Under the pieces are notes generated by a model, which saw only the letters and a program-made list of their open reading frames with translations, made no database searches and was not told the origin of the DNA. DNA of 64,000 nt from Bryobacterales bacterium (GTDB lineage Bacteria > Acidobacteriota > Terriglobia > Bryobacterales > UBA6623), in the NCBI GenBank assembly GCA_963422375.2, contig OY729428.2:448001-512000 (forward strand). The letters run 5' to 3'. The position numbers and the translations under genes were made by a program. Below are positions 51,881-62,448 of the stretch, one piece after another (positions within the stretch are counted from its first letter, which is position 1; the number at the start of each line of letters is the position of its first letter).

Positions 51881-54313
51881 ATGCCGGCGGATCGATCTAT
51901 CGTGATCTGGCACAGGAAGCAGCTCGCAACCTGCGGCAGTCGACCAGCCCGACCAGCGGTGTCGTCGCGCCTCGGGCGGATCCCGGCAGCCGCGGCATGC
52001 CTGCTCGCGTTGCCGCTCGCGGCAGCGCCTGCCGGCGATCTGGACCGCGACGCATTCATCAGGCAGTACTGCGTCGCGTGCCACGGCGGCTCCGAGCCAG
52101 CCAGCGGCCTGAGCTTCGAGGGCCTGCCCGCGACCGACGCGTCGGCCCGGGCCGACGTGTGGGAAAGGGTCGTGCGGAAACTCTCGGCGGGTGAAATGCC
52201 GCCGCCCGGGGTGGCGCGACCCGACCGCGGAACGATCGATGCGTTCCGGTCCGGCCTAGTCCGGGAACTGGATGCCGCTGCACAGCGGGATCCCTACGCC
52301 GGGAGAGCCGTAATCCGCCGCTTGAACCGACTGGAATACGCAAACGCGATCCGCGACGTCCTAGGCCTTGAGGCCCCTGTAGCGAAAACTCTGCCGCCAG
52401 ACGGACAGGCAGCGGGCTTCGACAACATCGCCGATGCCCTGTCGATGTCCCCGCTCCTGCTGGAGCGATACCTGAAGGTGGCGCGACGCGTGAGCCGGCT
52501 GGCCTTGGGGGTCAGCGACCCCTCACCGGTAACGGAGACCTTCCGGGCCGGAGGGACCCAGGCGCAATGGCAGGGCGAGGGGATGCCGTACGGAACGCGC
52601 GGCGGCATCCGCGTCAAGCATCACTTTCCCTACGACGGGGAATACGAGCTGCGGGCGTTTCTCGAGAAGCAGAGCCTGACGCCGACGGAGGGAGTCCGGT
52701 TCTTCCGCACCCGAGTGCGGCTGCCGGCAGGTCCGCGCGTCGTGGTCGTGACCTTCCCCGACGAGTTCGCGGCCAGGGAAGGCCCGGTACTGAACGTCAG
52801 CGGCCCGGGCGGGCGGGCGCTGGGAGGCCCGCTGGACCTCCTCGGAACCGCGATCCGGCCCACCATCGACTTCCGAATAGACGGGCGGCGCGTAGAGCTG
52901 TTCGAAATCGCGGGCATGACCTCGGGCGAATCGGCCTTCGACGGCCTGCCCGGTCCCCCCGTGCTGGGCCGGATCGAAATCAGCGGCCCCTACGGGCCCA
53001 CGGCCGTCGGCGAGACGCCTAGCCGACGCCGGATCCTGACCTGCCGGCCCGCCACGCCCTCCGATGAGCCCGGATGCGCGTCGAAGATCCTTGCCGCGGT
53101 CGCCCGGCGGGCATTCCGTCGCGAGGTCGGCGACGCCGACATCCGGCCCCTGATGGCGACCTTCGCGGCAGCGAGGACGAGGGAACCCTTCGAGGCCGCG
53201 CTCGCCGTCGCGCTGCGAGACGTGCTGCTGGCCCCCGACTTCCTGTTCCGGCTCGAGTTCGACCGGGACCCGTCGGGCGGCCTGCACGAGGTCTCTGGGT
53301 TCGAGCTGGCCTCGCGCCTCTCGTTCTTCCTGTGGAGCAGCGTTCCGGACGACACATTGCTCGACCTTGCCGCCGGCGGCACCCTGCGGGACCCGGGCGA
53401 GCTGGAGCGTCAGGTGCGCCGGATGCTCGCGAGCCCGCGCGCCGCGACCCTGGCCGCCAGCTTCGCCTCGCAGTGGCTAGGCCTGCGCGAGTTGGGCAGG
53501 ACGCGCCCTGACAAGGAGGCCTATCCGCTGTTCGATTCGGCCCTGCTGGACGCATTCCGCCAGGAAACCCGCCTCTTCCTGCTGAGCGTCATCCGCGAGA
53601 ACCGCAGTATCCTCGACCTGCTCGGAGCCGACTACACCTATCTGAACGAGCGGCTGGCCCGCAACTACGGCATCGCGGGCGTCGTCGGGCCGGGGTTCCG
53701 CCGCGTCTCTCTCGCCGGCAATCCGCACAGGGGAGGGCTGCTGGGCCAAGGCAGCGTCCTCATGCTGACATCGCACTCCGCCAAGACCTCGCCGGTGCTG
53801 CGCGGCACCTGGATTCTCGACAGGCTCCTGAACTCGCCGCCGCCGCCGCCGCCGGCCGACGTGCCGCCGCTGGACGAAAGCGAGGTCGACGGCCGGGCCC
53901 TGACGACACGGGAGCAGGTGGAGCGGCACCGGGCGGATCCCGCTTGTGCGGCCTGCCACGACCGCATCGACCCGCTGGGATTCGCCTTGGAGAACTTCGA
54001 CGTACTGGGCCGCTGGCGCACGACAGACGGGGACGCGCCGGTCGAGGCGTCAGGGATCCTTCCGAGCGGCGAGACGTTCTCCGGCCCGGAGGGCCTTCGC
54101 CGGATCCTGCTCGGCCGCCCGCAGCGGTTCGCGAGCGCGACCGCCGAGCGCCTGCTGACGTTCGCGCTCGGGCGGGAACTGGACGCCCGGGACCAGCCGG
54201 CGGTGAGGCAGATCGTGCGAGAGACCGCGGCCGAAGGGTACCGCTTCCAGGATCTCGTCCTGGCCGTGGTCCGCAGTGTCCCGTTCCAGATGCGGCAGAC
54301 GCCGCAGAGCTAG
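51881..54313 (+). CDS. DUF1592-family protein with c-type heme motifs
   Basis: CVACH, GEMPP, RRLNRLEYANAIRD, ELASRLSFFLWSSVPD, CAACHDRIDPLGFALENFD. True start may be downstream. Confidence 0.9.
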   Translation: MPADRSIVIWHRKQLATCGSRPARPAVSSRLGRIPAAAACLLALPLAAAPAGDLDRDAFIRQYCVACHGGSEPASGLSFEGLPATDASARADVWERVVRKLSAGEMPPPGVARPDRGTIDAFRSGLVRELDAAAQRDPYAGRAVIRRLNRLEYANAIRDVLGLEAPVAKTLPPDGQAAGFDNIADALSMSPLLLERYLKVARRVSRLALGVSDPSPVTETFRAGGTQAQWQGEGMPYGTRGGIRVKHHFPYDGEYELRAFLEKQSLTPTEGVRFFRTRVRLPAGPRVVVVTFPDEFAAREGPVLNVSGPGGRALGGPLDLLGTAIRPTIDFRIDGRRVELFEIAGMTSGESAFDGLPGPPVLGRIEISGPYGPTAVGETPSRRRILTCRPATPSDEPGCASKILAAVARRAFRREVGDADIRPLMATFAAARTREPFEAALAVALRDVLLAPDFLFRLEFDRDPSGGLHEVSGFELASRLSFFLWSSVPDDTLLDLAAGGTLRDPGELERQVRRMLASPRAATLAASFASQWLGLRELGRTRPDKEAYPLFDSALLDAFRQETRLFLLSVIRENRSILDLLGADYTYLNERLARNYGIAGVVGPGFRRVSLAGNPHRGGLLGQGSVLMLTSHSAKTSPVLRGTWILDRLLNSPPPPPPADVPPLDESEVDGRALTTREQVERHRADPACAACHDRIDPLGFALENFDVLGRWRTTDGDAPVEASGILPSGETFSGPEGLRRILLGRPQRFASATAERLLTFALGRELDARDQPAVRQIVRETAAEGYRFQDLVLAVVRSVPFQMRQTPQS

Positions 54314-54324
54314 GGGAGCTGACG

Positions 54325-55623
54325 ATGTTCATCACGAAAAAGCACCTTCCGCGGCGCACGTTCCTCCGCGGCGCGGGCACGGCGCTGGCTCTCCCGCTGC
54401 TCGACGCCATGGTTCCGGCGATGGCCGCCGAGCGGCTGACGGCGGCCGCTCCGGTCCGCCGCCTCGGATTCATCTACTTCCCCCTCGGCGTCGACCGGGA
54501 GCGCTGGCAACCGGAGGGCGCTGGCGACGGCTACCGCTTCAGCGAGGCGCTGGAGCCGCTGGCCGCGCACAGGGACAAGTTCGTCGTCCTAAGCGGCCTC
54601 TCGTCGGATCCCGACCGCAGCAAGGCGGGCTTTCACGATCGGGCCATGGCCTCCTTCATGACCGGCTGCGAGCCGACGGCCGGCCGGGTCCACGTGGGTA
54701 TCTCCGTCGACCAAGTGGCGGCCCGGTCGCTGGGCGGCGAGACGCAGTTCGCCTCGCTCGAGCTGACCACCGAGGACACCGGGAACCTGCCCGGCCCCGT
54801 TTTCAAGAGCGCCACGAATCCCCTGCCCTTCGAGAAGAACCCGCGCTTCGTCTTCGAGAGGCTCTTCGGCGAGGGCGGGCGGATCGACCCCGCCGCGTCC
54901 AGGCAGCGCGCTGCGGCCGAGCGCAGCGCGCTCGACGCCGTGGCCGGTCGGATCGCCGAACTGAAGGCGGACCTCGGCTCCGAGGACCGCCGCAAGCTGG
55001 ACGAGTACGTCGAATCGATTCGCGACGTGGAGCGCAGGATCGCCGTGGCGATGAAGAAGCCGCTGCCCGACCTGCCGGACACCCCGCGGCCTCCCGGCAT
55101 CCCCGACGCGTGGCCCGACCACGTGCGCCTGATGTTCGATCTGCAGGCGCTCGCCCTGCAGGCGGACCTGACGCGGGTCTGGACCTTCCTCTACGGGCGC
55201 GAGGCGACGTCGATGAATTTCCCGCACCTCGGCATCTCGATGGGGCATCACGAGATCTCGCACCACAACTTCGAGCGGGAGAAGCTGGACGCCCTGGCCG
55301 AGATCAACGTCGACCAGACCGGGCTGCTCGCCTATTTCCTGGCACGGCTCGACGCGATCGCGGAGGGCGGCTCGACGCTGCTGGACCGGTCGCTGATCAT
55401 GTACGCCAGCAGCCTGAGCGTGCCGACGAGCCACAGCCAGCGGAACCTGCCGGTCCTGCTGGCCGGCGGTGCGGCCGGGCGGGTCGCCGGCGGACGCCAC
55501 GTGGCCTATCCGGGCGACACCACGCCCCTGACCAACCTCTACCTGACCATGCTGGACAAGGTTGGCGTGCCGACGGAAAAGCTGGGCGACAGCACGGGCA
55601 GGCTCAACCGCGTGGAGGTCTAG
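54325..55623 (+). CDS. DUF1552-family Tat protein
   Basis: MFITKKHLPRRTFLRGAGTALALPLLDAM, SVDQVAA, LDEYVESIRDVERRI, QADLTRV. Confidence 0.92.
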   Translation: MFITKKHLPRRTFLRGAGTALALPLLDAMVPAMAAERLTAAAPVRRLGFIYFPLGVDRERWQPEGAGDGYRFSEALEPLAAHRDKFVVLSGLSSDPDRSKAGFHDRAMASFMTGCEPTAGRVHVGISVDQVAARSLGGETQFASLELTTEDTGNLPGPVFKSATNPLPFEKNPRFVFERLFGEGGRIDPAASRQRAAAERSALDAVAGRIAELKADLGSEDRRKLDEYVESIRDVERRIAVAMKKPLPDLPDTPRPPGIPDAWPDHVRLMFDLQALALQADLTRVWTFLYGREATSMNFPHLGISMGHHEISHHNFEREKLDALAEINVDQTGLLAYFLARLDAIAEGGSTLLDRSLIMYASSLSVPTSHSQRNLPVLLAGGAAGRVAGGRHVAYPGDTTPLTNLYLTMLDKVGVPTEKLGDSTGRLNRVEV

Positions 55624-55627
55624 AGCC

Positions 55628-57349
55628 GTGCGCGCAAGTCTCGTCGCGAAGGCACTGGCCGCGGCCTGGCTCGCGACGCCGTGCATGCTCGCCGCGGCCA
55701 CCGGGCAGGCGCTCGTGAGCGCGGCGCGCGCCGACGACGCGGCGACCCTAGCGGCCCTGCTGGAGCGGGGGGCGGACGCGAACGCGCGGGATGCCGACGG
55801 CGCAACGGCGCTCGCCTGGGCTGCGATTCGCGGCAGCGCCGCCGCGGCCGAGCTGCTGCTGGAGGCGGGGGCCGACCCCGACCTGGCCAACGCTCTCGGA
55901 ATCGTCCCGCTCGCGCTGGCCATCGAGAACGGCGCGACGGACGTGGCGCGGATCCTGCTGCAGCGCGCCGACCCGAACCGCGCGAGGGAGGGCGGCGAGA
56001 CGCCCCTGATGACCGCGGCGCGCCTCGGCCGCGTCGACCTGATGCAGCTGCTGCTCGAGCGGGGCGCGGACCCGAACGCCCGCGAGAAGCGTTTCGGCCA
56101 GACGGCCCTGATGTGGGCGGCGGGGAACGCGCCAGCAGTGCGGCTCCTCGTCGGGAACGGAGCCGACCTCCGGGCGACGACCAAGGCCTGGGACGTGCTG
56201 TACACGATCTACGCCCCCACGAGCTTCACGCTGGGCAAGACCGGCATCCCCTGGAACACCGACGGGGAGTTCGTCAGCAAGCGCGGAGGCCAGTCCGCGC
56301 TGCTTTTCGCCGTACGGGAACGCCAAGTGGAGTCCGCCCGCATCCTGCTCGACGCCGGACTCGACGTCAACGGGACCGCGGCGGACGGCACCACACCGCT
56401 ACTGGCGGCCCTGTATAACTGGGTTCCCCTGGCCGCGGACTTCGTGCCCGGCAAGGGAGCCCCGGCCAGCGCCGGCAGCTCGCAGCGGTTCGCGCCCAGC
56501 CTGGACATGGCGAGGCTGCTGCTCAAGCGCGGCGCCCGCGCCGCGGCGGCGGACGCAGCCGGCTACACGCCGCTCCACGCGGCGGCTCTGGCGGCGGCGT
56601 GGGCAGCGAGGGCAGCGGACCGAGGCGGCTCCGGCGCGTACCGCCGGGCGCCCGCCCTGCTGAGCCTGAACCACACCCGAAGCGGCGAGTCTCCGTTCGG
56701 TCCGGACGAGGCGCTGGAGGTCGTGGCCCTGCTTCTCGCGGACGGCGCAGAGCCGAACCGGCAGACCCTGTTCCCGACCCCGGGGCCTGCGGGCGACGTG
56801 AGAATCAATCCCGCGCCCCCCGGGTCGTCGGCGCTCCACATCGGCGCGAACTCGGGCAGCGCGGCGCTCGTCCGCATGCTGCTGAACGCCGGCGGCGACC
56901 CGAACCTGGTTCGCAAGGACGGCCACTCGCCGTTCTCGGTGGCGGTCGTCGCGGGCGACTTGCCGGCTATCAAGGCGATGGTCGCGGGAGGCGCGGACCT
57001 CTCGGCCCGCTACGACCCGGACGACCGGTACGCGGACCCGGTGAAGGCCGTCAGCCTGCCCCGCCAGGGCCAGACGATCGTGCATATCGCCGCCGGAACG
57101 CTGGCACCGGACGTCGTCGAGTACCTCCATTCCCAAGGCGCCCCGGTTGACTGGAAGAACGCGCAAGGCGAGACGCCGCTCGACCTCGCGGACCATCAGG
57201 AACGGTTCACGGAGGCGCTCGAGCGGCAGGGAGCCGACGGCGATCCGGAGCGCCTGCAGGCAGTCGAGAGGCCCGTCGAAACTACGGACGCGCTCAAGCG
57301 GATCCTCGCCGGGCGCAGCGAGCCCGGCGCACCCGACGTCGCCCGATGA
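55628..57349 (+). CDS. Secreted ankyrin-repeat protein
   Basis: Signal peptide followed by repeated GxTPLxxAA / GADPN units. Confidence 0.9.
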   Translation: MRASLVAKALAAAWLATPCMLAAATGQALVSAARADDAATLAALLERGADANARDADGATALAWAAIRGSAAAAELLLEAGADPDLANALGIVPLALAIENGATDVARILLQRADPNRAREGGETPLMTAARLGRVDLMQLLLERGADPNAREKRFGQTALMWAAGNAPAVRLLVGNGADLRATTKAWDVLYTIYAPTSFTLGKTGIPWNTDGEFVSKRGGQSALLFAVRERQVESARILLDAGLDVNGTAADGTTPLLAALYNWVPLAADFVPGKGAPASAGSSQRFAPSLDMARLLLKRGARAAAADAAGYTPLHAAALAAAWAARAADRGGSGAYRRAPALLSLNHTRSGESPFGPDEALEVVALLLADGAEPNRQTLFPTPGPAGDVRINPAPPGSSALHIGANSGSAALVRMLLNAGGDPNLVRKDGHSPFSVAVVAGDLPAIKAMVAGGADLSARYDPDDRYADPVKAVSLPRQGQTIVHIAAGTLAPDVVEYLHSQGAPVDWKNAQGETPLDLADHQERFTEALERQGADGDPERLQAVERPVETTDALKRILAGRSEPGAPDVAR

Positions 57350-57586
57350 GGCGCGGTACGCGCGACCTCCGGCAGGCCTCGCCCGGGCGGGCCCGGAAGG
57401 CCCGGTTCCGCCGATTCCCGAGATCCTGGGCGGATTACCGCTTGACGTGGAACTGGACATGCAGCATACTGCGGGCGATCGGGCCGAGCAGCAGCTCGCA
57501 GAGGATTCTCGCGGACGCGGCGCGTGGGATGCGCCGCGCCGGACGACAAGGCCAGCGCTGCGGCTGCGGCCCGCACGGGGGGGCGT

Positions 57587-60500
57587 ATGAAACGCATTCT
57601 TCTCGCGGCGATAGCCGCTTTCTCGCTCGCTGGCGGAACGTACGCGCAAACTTCGGCAGGGTCGATTTCGGGCTTGGTGACGGACTCGTCGGGAGCAGTC
57701 GTGCCCGGCGTCGCCATCGACGTGACCGATATCGACCGCAACGTGAGCATCAAGACATCGACGAACGAGGCCGGGTTCTACGTGGCGACGCCGCTTCCGC
57801 CGGGCCGCTACCGCATCACCGCCGAGAGCGATGGGTTCCGGGGCTACGTGCTAGAGCCGTTCCCGATCGCGACGCAGCAGAAGGCCGGCCTCGACATCGA
57901 GCTCGAGCTGGGCCAGGTCACGGAGTCGATCACCGTCGCCGGCACGGCTCAGCTGATCGAGGCCACCAACTCGACGCTCAGCGGAGTCGTCGAGAACAAG
58001 CAGATCATGGACCTGCCGCTAAACGGCCGCAACGTGTACTCGCTCGCGGTGCTCACCCCGGGCGTCTTCACGCGGGATCCGGCGAGGGGCAAGTTCCGCG
58101 AGGGCTTCCATTCCATCGGCATATTCCAGGTCAACGGAGGCCGCGACTCGAGCAACATGATCATGATGGACGGCGTCCCGGTCACGATGAACTCGAACAC
58201 CAACAACATGAATGCCAACAGCGCCCTGCCGACGATCGAAGGGATCGAGGAGTTCCGCATCCAGACGAACTCCTACTCGGCGGAGTACGGTCGCAGCGGC
58301 GGCGGCGTGCTCACCATGACCACGAAGTCGGGCACCAACGAGCTGCACGGCACGGCGTTCGACTTCCTGCGCAACAACAAGATGGACTCGAACAACTTCT
58401 TCGCGAATCGCGCGGGGAACAAGCTCGGCACGTTCCAGCGCAACGAGTTCGGCTTCAGCGTGGGCGGCCCGATCGTCAAGAACCGGACGTTCTTCTTCGA
58501 GGCCTACGAGGGCCGGCGCCAGCGCAGCCAGGCCGTTCGGAACCTGACGCTGCCGACGGCGCTCCAGAAGGCCGGCGACTTCTCCGAGACGCTGAACTCG
58601 GCCGGCGAGGTGCGGACGATCTTCGATCCCCAGTCGACGCGGCCCGACGGCAGCAATCCCGGCCAGTTCCTGCGGGATCCGTTTCCTGACAACCGGATTC
58701 CCGCCGCGGCCATGGACCCGGTGGCGCTCGCGACGGCGGGCTACTACGGAGCCGAGCCGAACGTGCAAGGGCAGCCCTTCACGGGCCGCAACAACTTCCA
58801 GTTCGCCGGCGGGCAACCTAACGACTCGAATCGCAATGTATTCAAGGTCGACCACCAGATCAGCCAGAACCAGCGGATTTTCGTGCGCCACACCTTGCTG
58901 GACGTAGTGAGCTCGGCACCGGAGCTGTGGGAGGGGCCGGGCTGCCCCGACGGCGGCTGCTTCACCAACAACGAGGCGCTCAACAACGGGGCCTTCGAGT
59001 ACAGCAACACCCTGACGCCGACGTCCCTGCTCAGCCTGCGCTACGGCTTCGCGCGATCCATCCTCGACCGCGGCTCGTGGTTCCAGGGCTTCGAGCCGGC
59101 CGAGCTCGGCCTGCCGAAGCACATCCAGAACGGAGCGGACCTGCTGGTGTTTCCGGAGTTCAACATCGAGGAGATGACCGCTCCGGGCCTGCGGCACCAC
59201 TGGAACTTCCGCTCCGCCAACATGTCCCACACGCTCAACGCCACCTATTCCAAGGTCGTCGGCAGCCACAACATCAAGGCCGGCGGCGAGTGGCGCGTCA
59301 ACCTGATCAATCACATGCAGGCGTCGTGGCAGATGTACTACCAGTTCACGCGCGGCATGACGCAGGGGCCGGACCCGCGCACGGTCTCGGCGAGCGCAGG
59401 GTTCGGCTACGCCTCGTTCCTGCTGGGGACCGGCGCGAACGGCCGCGTCAACAACCGCATCCGGCCGGCCTTCTCCAGCAAGTCCTTCGGCGGGTACATC
59501 CAGGACGACTGGAAGGTTTCCCGCAAGCTCGCCCTGAACCTCGGCGTGCGCTGGGACGCCGAGACGGGCTTGACAGAGCGCTACGACCGCTTCTCGGTCT
59601 TCGACCCCGACGTGCGCAGTCCGCTGAGCGACGCCTCGGGGCTGGATCTCCGCGGCGGCTGGCGGTTCCCCGGGCACGACCTGGAGACCGGCCGGAACCT
59701 GCGCAACCCCGAGTGGAATAACTTCGGCCCCCGTCTGGGCCTGGCTTACGAGGCCCTCACTGGAACCGTGATCCGGATCGGGTACGGCATCTTCTTCGCC
59801 ATGGCGCCGTGGGGCGCCAACTTCTACCCGACCTCGCCCTTCGCGACGACCACGCCGTGGCTGGCCTCGCTGGACGGCGTGAACCCGCACCACAGGCTCC
59901 GCGACCCCTTCCCCGACGGTGTCATCCTGCCCCCGGGCGCCGGCGGCGGGCTGACCTCGGGCAACGGGCTGCACGGGAACGGACCGGTGCCCTCGGTCAT
60001 GGCCACTCCCTACAACCAGCAGTGGAACTTCACGATCGCCCAGCAGTTCGGCCCGCGGACCGCCGTGGAAGTGGCCTACGCAGGCAACAAGGGCACGCAT
60101 ATCCCCTTCCGCCACGGCTGGCAGATGGACCAGCTGCATCCCAATCACATCAGCCCGGATGCAGGCATCCTCGACCTGGTGGACAACCCGCTCCACGGCG
60201 TGGTGCCGGTCGGCGTGCTGTCCCAGCCCAGGGTGCAGCGGGGCCAGCTGCTGACCCCCTACCCGCAGTTCCCGGGCGTGGTCCATTCCGCGCCGGGATG
60301 GGGCAACACGATCTACCACTCCATGCAAGCCAAGTTCACCAAGCGGTTCGACGGAGGCGGCAACGCGGTCATCGCCTACACCCTCTCCAAGCTCATCTCC
60401 GACGGCAGCGACAATGCCTGGACCTCGGCGACCTGGCGCAACTACTACTGCCGGAGCTGCGATAAGTCGCTGTCTCCGTACGATCAGCGCCAGCGCCTGA

Positions 60501-61030
60501 TCGGGAGCTTCACCTACGAGCTTCCCTTCGGCCGGGGCAAGCAGCTCGGCAGCGGCTGGAGCGGCCCGCTCAACGCGGTGCTCGGCCAGTGGCAGGTCAA
60601 CGGGATCGCCACGCTGAACAGCGGGCTGCCGCTGCGGATGTCCGTGCCGGGCAACACGAGCCACTCATTCGGCGGCCGCCAGTTCCCGGACTCGACCGGG
60701 GTGGACGGACGCATGGACAACCCGACCATCGCAAGGTGGTTCGACACGGACCAGTTCGCGATCCCCGAGCCCTTCACCTTCGGCACCCTCGGCCGGGTCC
60801 ACTCGACGATTCGGGCCGACTTCGTCGAATCGCTGGACTTCTCCATCTTCAAGAGCTTCCGCATCGGGGAGAGGGTCACGACGCAGTTCCGCGCCGAGTG
60901 GTTCAACGCCCTGAACCATCCGATCTTCAACAACCCCGGGACCCAGGTCGGCACGGGCGGATTCGGCCGGGTCGCGGCGCAAGCCAACCTGCCGCGACAG
61001 ACGCAGCTGGCGCTGAAGGTGATCTTCTGA
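57587..61030 (+). CDS. TonB-dependent receptor, Oar-like
   Basis: Signal peptide, VTDSSGAVVPG, LPLNGRN, YSAEYGRSGGG, NNFGPRLGLAY, terminal F. Confidence 0.93.
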   Translation: MKRILLAAIAAFSLAGGTYAQTSAGSISGLVTDSSGAVVPGVAIDVTDIDRNVSIKTSTNEAGFYVATPLPPGRYRITAESDGFRGYVLEPFPIATQQKAGLDIELELGQVTESITVAGTAQLIEATNSTLSGVVENKQIMDLPLNGRNVYSLAVLTPGVFTRDPARGKFREGFHSIGIFQVNGGRDSSNMIMMDGVPVTMNSNTNNMNANSALPTIEGIEEFRIQTNSYSAEYGRSGGGVLTMTTKSGTNELHGTAFDFLRNNKMDSNNFFANRAGNKLGTFQRNEFGFSVGGPIVKNRTFFFEAYEGRRQRSQAVRNLTLPTALQKAGDFSETLNSAGEVRTIFDPQSTRPDGSNPGQFLRDPFPDNRIPAAAMDPVALATAGYYGAEPNVQGQPFTGRNNFQFAGGQPNDSNRNVFKVDHQISQNQRIFVRHTLLDVVSSAPELWEGPGCPDGGCFTNNEALNNGAFEYSNTLTPTSLLSLRYGFARSILDRGSWFQGFEPAELGLPKHIQNGADLLVFPEFNIEEMTAPGLRHHWNFRSANMSHTLNATYSKVVGSHNIKAGGEWRVNLINHMQASWQMYYQFTRGMTQGPDPRTVSASAGFGYASFLLGTGANGRVNNRIRPAFSSKSFGGYIQDDWKVSRKLALNLGVRWDAETGLTERYDRFSVFDPDVRSPLSDASGLDLRGGWRFPGHDLETGRNLRNPEWNNFGPRLGLAYEALTGTVIRIGYGIFFAMAPWGANFYPTSPFATTTPWLASLDGVNPHHRLRDPFPDGVILPPGAGGGLTSGNGLHGNGPVPSVMATPYNQQWNFTIAQQFGPRTAVEVAYAGNKGTHIPFRHGWQMDQLHPNHISPDAGILDLVDNPLHGVVPVGVLSQPRVQRGQLLTPYPQFPGVVHSAPGWGNTIYHSMQAKFTKRFDGGGNAVIAYTLSKLISDGSDNAWTSATWRNYYCRSCDKSLSPYDQRQRLIGSFTYELPFGRGKQLGSGWSGPLNAVLGQWQVNGIATLNSGLPLRMSVPGNTSHSFGGRQFPDSTGVDGRMDNPTIARWFDTDQFAIPEPFTFGTLGRVHSTIRADFVESLDFSIFKSFRIGERVTTQFRAEWFNALNHPIFNNPGTQVGTGGFGRVAAQANLPRQTQLALKVIF

Positions 61031-61061
61031 AGCCGGCCTGACCCGCGCACAACCGCCGCGG

Positions 61062-61080
61062 CGGGCGGGAAGCCCGCCCG
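61062..61080. terminator. GC hairpin between convergent genes
   Basis: CGGGCGGG-AAG-CCCGCCCG; no U-tract. Confidence 0.4.
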
Positions 61081-61084
61081 GCGG

Positions 61085-62326
61085 CTAGGCCACCGGCTCG
61101 AGGTCCCAGCCGAAGCCCGGGCCGTCAGACGGGCGGGTGTAGATCCCTTCCGGCCCTCGGGTGAGGCTGTTGTCCTGCTCGTAGCGCTCGTAGACCACGT
61201 CCGGCCCGCCGGGCGCGGGCATGAACATCTCCGCCCACGGGGCGTTGGGAGTGGCGTAGATGAAATGGACCGCGTCGCGCTGGCCGCCGCCGTGCGGAAT
61301 GACCGGAATGTCGTGGGCGGCCGCCATGTGCGCGATCTTGACCAGTTCACTCATGCCGCCGCACCAGTGAATGTCCGGCTGCCAGATTTCGGCGCCGTTG
61401 ACCCGCAGCAGCTGCCGGAAGCCGTAGCGCGTGTAGACGTGCTCGCCTGTCACGATGCGGGTCGACCGTATGGCTTGGCGGAGCCTGCCGAAACCCTCGT
61501 AGTCGTCCGGGGACAGGGCCTCCTCGATCCAGTAGACGCCGTACGGCTCGAACGCCTCGGCCAGCTCGAGCGTGTACCGCTCGGTCAGGGCCATCCAGCA
61601 GTCCATCATCACGTCGCCGTCGTCCCCGACCGCCGCCCGGGCGCGCTTGACGAGCTCGACGTTCTTGCGAATGCCCTCCCGGCCGTCGGCCGGACCGTGG
61701 GGCAGGGCGAGCTTGAGCCGCTTGTAGCCGAACTCGACGTGCTGCTCGATGTCGTTGCCCGTGCAGTAGCACGGGATGCGGGGATGAATCCTGCCGCCCA
61801 GCAGGCGCCATACCGGCGCGTCCCAGACCTTCCCGGCGATGTCCCAGAGAGCGATGTCGACGCCGGAGATGGCGTTGATCACGGTGCCCTTGCGCCCGTA
61901 GGACATGGTCGCGCGCCACAGGATGTCCCAGAGGCGCTCGATGTCGAGCGGGTTCTCGTCCATGACGAGCCGCGCGAGGTGGTCCTCGACGATCACGCCG
62001 CCGCCGGGCCCGCCCGGGCCGTAGCCCTTGACTCCCTTGTTCGTGGAGATCTCGACCCAGAAGCTGCCGGCCCGCGGGCCCGTGGCGCGGAAGAGGCTCC
62101 GCATAGGCTTGTACTTCGGATAGATCGAGACCGGGTTGGCGACCTCGACGCCGCCCGTCGACCACGAGCCGGGCGCGGGCTCGTATCCGGGCACTGGGCG
62201 CCGGCGCCGCATCCGGACCAGCCGGACGCCCGTGATCCGCAGGTCGTCCTCGACGCGGGCGAACGCCGGAAACGCGAGAGGCGCGGCAGCGGCCGACGCC
62301 ATGGCTAGGAATTGCCGACGGTTCAT
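61085..62326 (-). CDS. Mandelate racemase/enolase-family sugar-acid dehydratase (L-rhamnonate dehydratase-like), Tat signal
   Basis: NRRQFL, AISGVDIALWD, KxK, MMDCWM, WIEE, TGEH, QPDIHWCGG, IPHG. Confidence 0.88.
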   Translation of the reverse strand: MNRRQFLAMASAAAAPLAFPAFARVEDDLRITGVRLVRMRRRRPVPGYEPAPGSWSTGGVEVANPVSIYPKYKPMRSLFRATGPRAGSFWVEISTNKGVKGYGPGGPGGGVIVEDHLARLVMDENPLDIERLWDILWRATMSYGRKGTVINAISGVDIALWDIAGKVWDAPVWRLLGGRIHPRIPCYCTGNDIEQHVEFGYKRLKLALPHGPADGREGIRKNVELVKRARAAVGDDGDVMMDCWMALTERYTLELAEAFEPYGVYWIEEALSPDDYEGFGRLRQAIRSTRIVTGEHVYTRYGFRQLLRVNGAEIWQPDIHWCGGMSELVKIAHMAAAHDIPVIPHGGGQRDAVHFIYATPNAPWAEMFMPAPGGPDVVYERYEQDNSLTRGPEGIYTRPSDGPGFGWDLEPVA

Positions 62327-62448
62327 CGCTTGAATCTCCCTTCGCGCCCTAGCGGGCCTGGACTTCGCCAGATCCAGCGAGCCGCGCGAGGGAATCCGGC
62401 GGGCCTAGAGGATCGTGCAGCCCAAGGCTAGCACGCGACCGGCCGCGC

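Noticed and set aside
53944..54324. N-terminal extensions of DUF1552, and similarly kdgD (49008-49217) and the ankyrin gene (55562-55627)
   Set aside because: They overlap neighbouring genes or relics; family-typical starts lie downstream.
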